Shown here: positions 54,561-64,000 of the stretch, in pieces
Layout: every line of letters starts with the position of its first letter
Numbering within the stretch: position 1 is the first letter of the stretch
Origin: Guillardia theta CCMP2712
Taxonomy: Eukaryota > Protista > Cryptophyta
Assembly: GCF_000315625.1 (NCBI RefSeq)
Contig: NW_005434566.1
Coordinates: forward strand, 168,356-232,355
Length of the DNA stretch: 64,000 nucleotides
Direction: 5' to 3'
Translations under genes and position numbers: made by a program
Notes under the pieces: generated by a model
Seen by the model: only the letters and a program-made list of their open reading frames with translations
Told to the model about the DNA's origin: nothing
Databases searched by the model: none

Positions 54561-55158
54561 TCGACTCAGCTGGATTATAAGTTCATCTTTGACACCGGAT
54601 AGAATCTCTCACCCTCTCTCGCTCTTCTTGTTGTGTTCGCTGGCAGACGAGACCAAGCCTGGCAAAAGCAAGGAGAACAAGTTAGAGAATGAATGCCGTG
54701 AAAACTGCTGGCAAGTGCTTAAGAACATCCAAGAAACATCATCATACGTGTTCACTCGCAATGGCTATGGCCAACACCAGTAGGCTGAGAGCTCTGAGAC
54801 CCTAGTGGTCTCGGTCAAGGACGTGGTCTAGAGAATTGAGATGTATTTGTCCAACTTCCTTGCATTACGGAATTGGTCTTCTGGCAAAGCTTGAAAAATT
54901 CTTCATGGCTTTTCTTTGACTCCTAGTCTTCTGCCTATTCCTCCTCCTCCTCCTCCTCCTCCTCCTCTCGCCATCTCCTCCTCCTCCTCCTCCTCTGCCA
55001 TCTCTACCTCCTCCACCTCCTCCTGCTTGCTGCCTGCTGCCTGCTGCTTCTGCTTGCTGCTGCAACTGCTGCTGCAACTGCCTCTGCTGCTGCTTGCCGC
55101 CGCCGCCGCAGCTGCTTGCTGCTGCTGCTTGCTGCTGCTGCTTGCTGCTTGCTGCTGG

Positions 55159-55196
<38 letters not shown>

Positions 55197-55980
55197 ACTC
55201 CTCCTCCTCCTCCTCCTCCTCCTCCTCTTTACCTTTGTCTCCGTTCTCGCCGTCCAATGTGCCCCTGTCACTTATAATGGGTTGGGGTACTCCTTGCTTC
55301 TCAATAAGGGGGTACAGGTACTCAATTCGATAGTTTGCTGGAACAAGGGTGGGGTACGAATGAGTTTAAAAGGGGGTACAATGTAAAAGGAGCATTATTG
55401 GGGGGTAGGACAAATCAAAACGATCCTTGTGCAGGGGTGGGTCCTATGCGCCTCATGGAAGCGACCCAGAGCATCAGTCAATAGAAGTGGAGGGAGAGGG
55501 AGAGAGGGGAGAGGGGAGAGGGCAGGAGGGAGGAGGGAGGAGGGAGGAAGCACCTAGGGAAGCGTCTGACGCAACCTCCGCGAGCCGCTCCTGAGGAGAG
55601 AGCATCAAACACATTGACAGCAGACGAGGAGAGGGACAGAGGGGAAGGAGAGCGGGAGAGCAGGAGGGAGGGAGGGTGAGGAGCGGAGGGAGGGGAGAAG
55701 GGGAGAGTGGAGAGGAGGGGAAGGAGGAGAGATAGCGGGAGGGGCGTACCTCTCGAGCTTGACAACAGCAGACGCCACTTGGCCCTCTCCCCTTGTCGAA
55801 TGACTTGATGCAAGGGTCGCAGGCGGGAAGTGAGGAAGAGGTGGAGGTGGAGGAAGAGGGAAGGGGAGGAGGAGTAGAGCAGTAGAGGGAAATAAATCGA
55901 TCGACCTCGGTCACTTGAAGCTGATCCAGAAATAATGTGAGGGAGTAAACGGAAGAGAAGGAGAGGTGAAGAAGTGGAAA

Positions 55981-55981
<1 letters not shown>

Positions 55982-56015
<34 letters not shown>

Positions 56016-56160
56016 GGAGGAGGAGGAGGAGGAGGAGGAGGAGGAGGAGGAGGAGGAGGAGGAGGAGGAGGAGGAGGAGGAGGAGGAGGAGGAGGAGGAG
56101 GAGGAGAGTGAGTGATGAGTGAGTGAGTGAGTGGAGAGTGAGTGAGTGAGTGAGTGGAGG
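55982..56160. repeat. Compound (GAT)n-(GGA)n-(GAGT)n microsatellite abutting the gap
   Basis: Directly visible. Confidence 0.95.
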
Positions 56161-56260
56161 NNNNNNNNNNNNNNNNNNNNNNNNNNNNNNNNNNNNNNNN
56201 NNNNNNNNNNNNNNNNNNNNNNNNNNNNNNNNNNNNNNNNNNNNNNNNNNNNNNNNNNNN
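56161..56260. other. Assembly gap (100 N)
   Basis: Run of N. Confidence 1.
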
Positions 56261-56666
56261 AGGGGGAGGGGGAGGGGGAGGGCGAGACGAAGAACAGGAA
56301 GAAGAGGACGAGGAGGCAGAAGTCAGAGTCACTTTGAAGGAGAGAGAGGAAAGCGTAGAGATGGGCCGGCGGAAGCAGAATAGGAAAGGGTTTTATTGGA
56401 GATGGTGAAAGGAAGGAGAGGAGGAGAAGGAGGAGAAGTGTAAATCAAGGCAGAGATACGAGAGCAGAGATAAAGGAAATTTCCACGTGCTGAAGGCGCT
56501 GATTGAAGATTGAACAAAGACAAGCCAAGTGTTGTAGGTGAGGAGCAATTGCAATCAGGCGAAAGAGAAGATGAGGAGGATAAGGAAGGGAAGACTGATG
56601 AGTGACAGAAACAAGGAAAGCACTCCTATATCATCAGAGCATTCGAGAGAGCAGGGAGGGAGCCTC

Positions 56667-58465
<1,799 letters not shown>

Positions 58466-58859
58466 GGAAAAATTTCAACTATTGTATGCAGGTTTCAAAT
58501 GTCAGAGTCATAATTGGGCACATGGAGAATAAAGGATTCGAGCCCCCTTATTCACTGAGGTCAACTTGTTAAATTCATTCATCAGTGCAACAATCTACTT
58601 CAACTACCTTGATTCATCTCTCCTCCTCTACTTTACACTCCCCGCCCTCCCAAGGGCTCCTCCGCCTTCTCCTCCTCCTCCTCCTCCTCCTCCTCCTCCT
58701 CCCGGTCATCTACTTACAACCCAGCCATCAAAGAATAATCTCCCCGTCCCTCCTTCGGCCCCCCTCCCTCCTTTCCTCAGGCCCTCAGTCCAAGAACGCG
58801 TACACGTCGTCCTCGCTGATCCCTGCCGACTGACATCAGTCCCACCACAGACCGTTACT

Positions 58860-61800
58860 TCAACTGTCACCGTCACAGTCTCCCCCGCAGTCGTCGTACT
58901 CCTCCTCATCCGCCGCCTCCTCCCCGTACAGCGTCTGTGGCGAGACCACGATGCTCGCGTTCTCGTACTCAATCTGCCGCAGCCTCTCCCCGAACCGCAT
59001 GATGTGCAGCAGCAAACGATCCCTCGTCCTGCACGACATGAGCCTCTTCCTCTTGGTGAACCTCCTCCAGATCGCCGACAGCCATGGCGCCAGCCGCTCG
59101 AGCATGCATAGCGAGTCGCAGGGAACCCGCGCGTCGTCCTCTAGTGCAGCCTTGAGATCGAGATCCCGTGTCGGCACCCTCGGCTTGCAACTGTCGATTC
59201 CCAACCTGGGCAGGTGCCTGCAGGTCTCAGCAGCCTCCGCCTGCTCCTTCACCTCCCGCATCCTGCTCTCCCCCGACCTCCGGAAGAAGTCTCCGTCCAG
59301 CTGCCCTCTCCCTCCCCCGCTCGCCATGTTCCCTGCCGGCATCTGCACTCGCCGTGCCGGGGGATGCAGCACGAGGCCGCCGACGCCCCAAGACGTCAGC
59401 ATCCTGCTCCACACCCTCCCCGCGAGGTTGTACGTGCTCCTGTGCTGCACGGAAGAGGAGGAGAGCGAGCTGTGCACGGCTAGGCCGTCCTTGAGGGAGG
59501 CGACGAGGTCAGGGAGGTCGACCAGCCCCAGCTGCGATATGATCTGCTTCACAGACGGCTGGGCAAGACGCGCGTCGTTCCCCCCGATGAGAATCTTGAC
59601 AACGTCCTCGTGACCCTCGAAGGTCGCGCGTCGGAGAGCTGAGAAACCCGCCGAGTCCACCAGGTCCGTCCTCGCTCCCTTGCTGAGCAGGTGCTTGACC
59701 AGGTGCAAGTTCCCGTTGCTCGCCGCCTTAATCAGGGGAGTTTCCCCCGAGTCGTCGACAAGGTTGATGGAGGCCCTCCAGGATACGAGAAGTGCCGCGC
59801 ACCTGACCCCCCACATCAACACCTGACCTCCTCTCACCTGACCTCCTTCCTACCTGTATCCTTCCTTGTCGTCTCGCTCCGCCGCCAGCATCAGCGCCGT
59901 CTTGCCATGCACATTCCGAGCATCAACAGGGCAGCACTTGACCTTGAGCAGGGCCTTGACCACGTTGTAGTGGCCGAGGCTCGCTGCTCGCATCAGCAGC
60001 GTGTTCCCGTTGGGGTCTCTCTTCTTCGGATCGGCTCCTCTCTTGATCAGCAGCGACGCCTCTGCCAGCATCCCCCGCTTGACTGCCGCGCTGAGAGCAG
60101 CGCTCTTGTCCCGAGGAGAGAACACTCCCTCGTAGGACAGGAGGAGGGGGAGCAGGTCGAGCCATCCGTTGCGGACTGCCCACACGAGGATGGTGTTGCC
60201 GTCGGCACACCGATGTCCAACATTGGCTCTGTGGCGGATGAGCGCATCCACGACCTCCCTCCTGCTCTGCCTTGCAGCTTTCAGTAGCGCCGTCTCTCCG
60301 AAGAGGTCCAGCTCGTTGATGTCTGTCTTGCCATCGTGCAAGATTGACATCACGACGTCCAGCCAACCCCATTCCGCAGCTCTCATGAGAAGCGTGTACC
60401 TGCCCAGTGATCAGCCTTGCAAAAAAATCTCCTCCTCCTCGCTCACCCCATCGTGTCCTTGTAATGAACATCCGCCCCCCATGCTGCCAGCATGTTCACT
60501 GTCCTTCTGTGCCCCTGTAGCCCTAGTCAGCAACACAGCTGGAGAAGCACGCTCTCTTCTCGTCTTGCCTGCTGCGCAGCCTTCTCTAGCGGCCTTCCCC
60601 CATCGCAATCTTGTGCATTGTAGTCTGAGGAGACAGTCAGGAAGCAGAACCTTGCCTTCCAACCATCGCACCTGCTCCTCGCGACAGCAGCAGCCGTACC
60701 ACATGTATCTTCCCCTCCTCACTGGCCCTGCGAAGACTTGGCGTGAGTTCAAGGCAGATCAGACGATGAGCAGCACCGGTGGAGCGCAGTGAGGCCGTAA
60801 TAGTTCCTCTGCTCGATGAAAGCGCCGTTGTCCAGGAGGAGGGCGACCTGGAGCGTTTGGGGCGCGTCAGACAGGAGGGGGCACGAGGGGACCGACGTCA
60901 CCTGGTTCACATCCCCGCCCTCTGCTGCATTAAGGAGCGGGATCGAGACCAGTTCGCGATCGGTGAGGTCAGGGTCCTGCAGTCGCCTGTCAGGCCCTCG
61001 CCCGGTCTCATGCCGAGTCGCGCGCACCTCCAGGGCGAAGCAGTAGATCAGCAGCGCGATGCTGACGGCCATCGGCGTCAGGAGGATCATCTTCTCCAGC
61101 CCGCGCTTGATCGAAAGGCTACCATGAGGGTGAGGACGAGGTGAGCTCGAGGGAGCAAGGGGACCTGAGAGAAGAAACGCGGGCAGACGCTGCCTTCTGT
61201 CTCCATAGCGAGTAGTTGCGGCAGGGAGCACACCGACGAACAAACCTGTACAGCCCTTGTCAGACGACTCGCGAGAACAATGGTCGAGCTCCAACCTTCT
61301 GTCCCTCTCTTGCAGGATCAGGGAGGTCGTAGAGAGCGCCGGGTAGTCCTCCAGGCTCATCAAGCAGGGCACAGGCTCGAAGTGGAGCGGGTTGCCGACT
61401 TTGGCCGTCTCATTCTGCGGGAGGATTCTGGAGCAATCCTTGATCGAGTTGCAGTGAATCTGCTCGAGCTTCACTTCCTCATGGCCCTCAACAAAGCATT
61501 CAGAGATGGGCATGGAGCTGTTGGTCCAGGTATGCGCCTCATGGCAGTGATAGTAGTTGGGGACTGAGACAGTGGAGTCTTCCGAAAGAAACGAGGCCAC
61601 TGAGCTCTCATCCGAACCATACTGCGGAGGTTCATCAGCACACCACAAGCGCGAGCAATAGCCTACCTCTGACTCTCTGAAGCTGTTGCAGTTCCCTCCA
61701 TGCAGATGGGACGTAAGGGGGCTGCAGCATCGACGCAGAGTCCCGTTTCGAGCTGCGCTCGGAGAGTCCAGACAACCTGCATGTATCCCTGCAGCATCCT

Positions 61801-62179
61801 TGCTCTGCTGGTGACAAGACCGCCCCCCCTCCTGGAACTGCTCGCAGCTATCCACATGGGTTGACTCGTGCGAAAGTGAGGACTCTGATGCTGAGGAGTG
61901 GGACGCGCGCAGGTCCTCGGAGCTCTTGTCGGACGTGCTGGCACCTGCTTCATCACTGTGGTGATCGTTCAGCTCGAAGATGTCGTGGTGGCTGATGGTG
62001 TCGTGGGTTTCATCCGACAGTGGGGAGTTCGTCCTGTGCTTCCTAGGGGTGTTGTTCGATTCAGATTCTGGGATATTCAGCCCCTGCAGCAGGCCGTCCC
62101 ATGAGGAGGTCTCAGAGTCTGACTTTTCCTCATCTGCTTTCATCTCTGCCGATGTCATTCCGTGCAAGCTCTCCGCCAT
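58860..62179 (-). CDS. Ankyrin-repeat protein with a disordered N-terminus and one hydrophobic segment (multi-exon)
   Basis: Ankyrin motifs GLTALH, GETALLKAA, GNTLLMRAASLGHYNVVKALL, GKTALMLAA and GETPLIKAASNGNLHLVKHLLSKGA. The TM-like MILLTPMAVSIALLIYCFAL precedes them. Confidence 0.88.
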
Positions 62180-62879
62180 CCAGAAACGTAGGTGGAGAGT
62201 TCTCCACTCGAGTCTAATCTGTCTTCTCTCGCTCAGCTGGTGGTTCCATGTGAAGTTCCAATTAACATCTGATTTGCTCCTGTGAAGACGAGATGATCAG
62301 ACCATGGAAGAAAGGATTTTCATGGCGCAATGCAATATCACATCGCAGTGCGACACTGATGGACACAAGCACAAACTGGCGGAACAGGAAATTTACGGTG
62401 TGAGATCATGTTATTCACTTGTTCATTTTGAGGAGTGAAAGGGAGATAAGACTGAAAACTCTGGTAAAGTTTGAACAATGATGATAAGCAAACATCGCAC
62501 ATCTCTCCACGTATAAAAACGTGACAAAGTCGAGGAGGAAAGTACAAACGAAGACGTGGGAGGAGGCTGGGCTATCAAAACACTCTCCAGCAAACAGGAG
62601 GGGGACGAGAGCGGCCAGAATTGAGGGGAAATGCGAAACAGGCTAGGAGATAGAGGCTAGCACTCTGAGATGTGCATTCCTGATCACAGGGCAGAAAGCT
62701 AAGACCATGGTGCGAGCTGGGTATTCGAAAAGCCTCCCTGGCAGCTCATGGGTGGAGGAGTGTATGGATCCGATCAAGGATGTGAGAAATCTGCAGAGTG
62801 TGAAGGATGTTGAGCATGACGAGGATACGGAAAGTTAGGAGGGGAACGGGGAGCAGGAGGGTCTGGAGGGGGTTAGGAG

Positions 62880-63850
62880 CGAATGGCAGCGTCGAAGGCC
62901 TGTCCGCATAATTGTCAGCCACTACCCATTGCCAGGGCCATACTGCAGTAGTGGGTGGGGGTACTCGTCATGGGGTAGAATTGAGGAGGGGGTGGGTAGG
63001 TGGTGATGATTTTGTGGAATACACAGAGGGGTACTGATAATACCGGTATATTTACCAGGAAAATACCCACCAAAGCCTGAGAGTGTATTCCAGGTTTACT
63101 TAGAATGACCGGTGTACACCGTGCAAGGGGGGTTACCATGTTTCTTGACACGGGTGGGTAGGTATGATACCAGCGATTTCAAACAAGTAAGAGGGAACGA
63201 AGGGGTAGGTAGTGAAAGATGGTAGTAGAAGGGTGGGTAGGGGTGAATTTGATGGGGTTGACTATGTCGTGTCAGGGTGGGGGTACACCCCATGTCACGG
63301 AACGGTACCCGTACATGTCTTTGGACCATTTGTACCCCTTCAGATAACCTAAAAAAGTACGGTAGTTCCGATAAAAGGTGTCTGAGAGTAGAATATGACG
63401 GTGGGTTGGTGGACTATGGAAGGGGTCCAGACACGAAGCAGCATGAGAACTGAGTGGTGGGTAAGCAAATATGGGGGTCCAGAATTTCACCAGGGGGTAG
63501 GGTCATTTGCAGTTCCTTTTAGCTTCGCCCTCGAAAGTCCAGTGACCACCCCCATGTTGGTAGTACGGGTGGGGTTTAAATGTCCAAAATGGGGGTGTTT
63601 GTTGGAGAAAGGATGGGTGATGCTGTAAGATGGAAGTATTTTACAGGGGGTAGGGGTGGTGTAAAAGTCAAGGAGATTTCAATAGGGTATGGCAATGAAG
63701 CGCAGGGGTACTCAAGATTCTGGCCCGTGAGGTCTAGCAAGAAGGGGGTACATACCCCCATTTCTGAGGGGGAAAAGGTGGGTAGTGACTACCGGAGCGG
63801 TGGGGAGGGAAAGTTGGGGTGGGGGTTAGGTCTGATGGCATTGCAGCTCG
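62880..63850. promoter_or_regulatory. GGGGT/GTAC-rich island upstream of the ankyrin gene
   Basis: Many ggggta, gggtggg and ggggtac words, mostly G-form on the + strand. Confidence 0.45.
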
Positions 63851-64000
63851 TAATAATCTTTAGAATGAAACAAAGTCTTTTCGACTATCTTTGAGTTGTA
63901 AATCATTATAGGCTCGTTTCTGTGACGAAAGTTGGAGTTTAAAATAATATTGAATTCCTTGACTGAAAATCTCCTGGTATCCTGACCTGGAAAAAATTTT

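Noticed and set aside
55470-56530. Exon-like fragments around the N gap
   Set aside because: Dominated by simple repeats and broken by the gap, so no supportable product.
58520-58560. tRNA-like tggagaat...ggattcgagccc
   Set aside because: The T-stem arms do not pair and no cloverleaf can be formed.

Overview
Intron-rich eukaryotic nuclear DNA with mostly ~50-nt GT-AG introns, microsatellite-filled introns and one 100-N gap. Several genes have signal-peptide + transit-peptide leaders, which points to an alga with a secondary plastid, most likely a cryptophyte such as Guillardia (inference). Manual splicing supports about 16 host genes: a La-motif/RRM/PAP-fibrillin-like fusion, a His-box desaturase, a FUN14-like protein, an unknown basic-domain protein, an O-fucosyltransferase-like protein, a FAM184-like coiled-coil protein, a CxH-x6-CxxC repeat protein, a SHAQKF Myb, a CLASP/TOG protein, an EF-hand+WCRKC thioredoxin, a small possibly acylated protein, a glycosyltransferase-like protein, POLD3, an atypical SDR, a beta-helix protein and an ankyrin protein. 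There is also a Gag-only LTR element with a tRNA-iMet-type PBS. The strongest leads are: (1) the La+RRM+fibrillin-like fusion with a bipartite-type leader; (2) a calredoxin-like EF-hand/WCRKC thioredoxin; (3) GC-rich micro-palindrome islands that appear to have grown by short insertions into older repeat DNA; (4) strand-polarised GGGGT/ACCCC islands upstream of gene starts. All exon structures and family assignments were read by eye and need RNA-seq and HMM confirmation.
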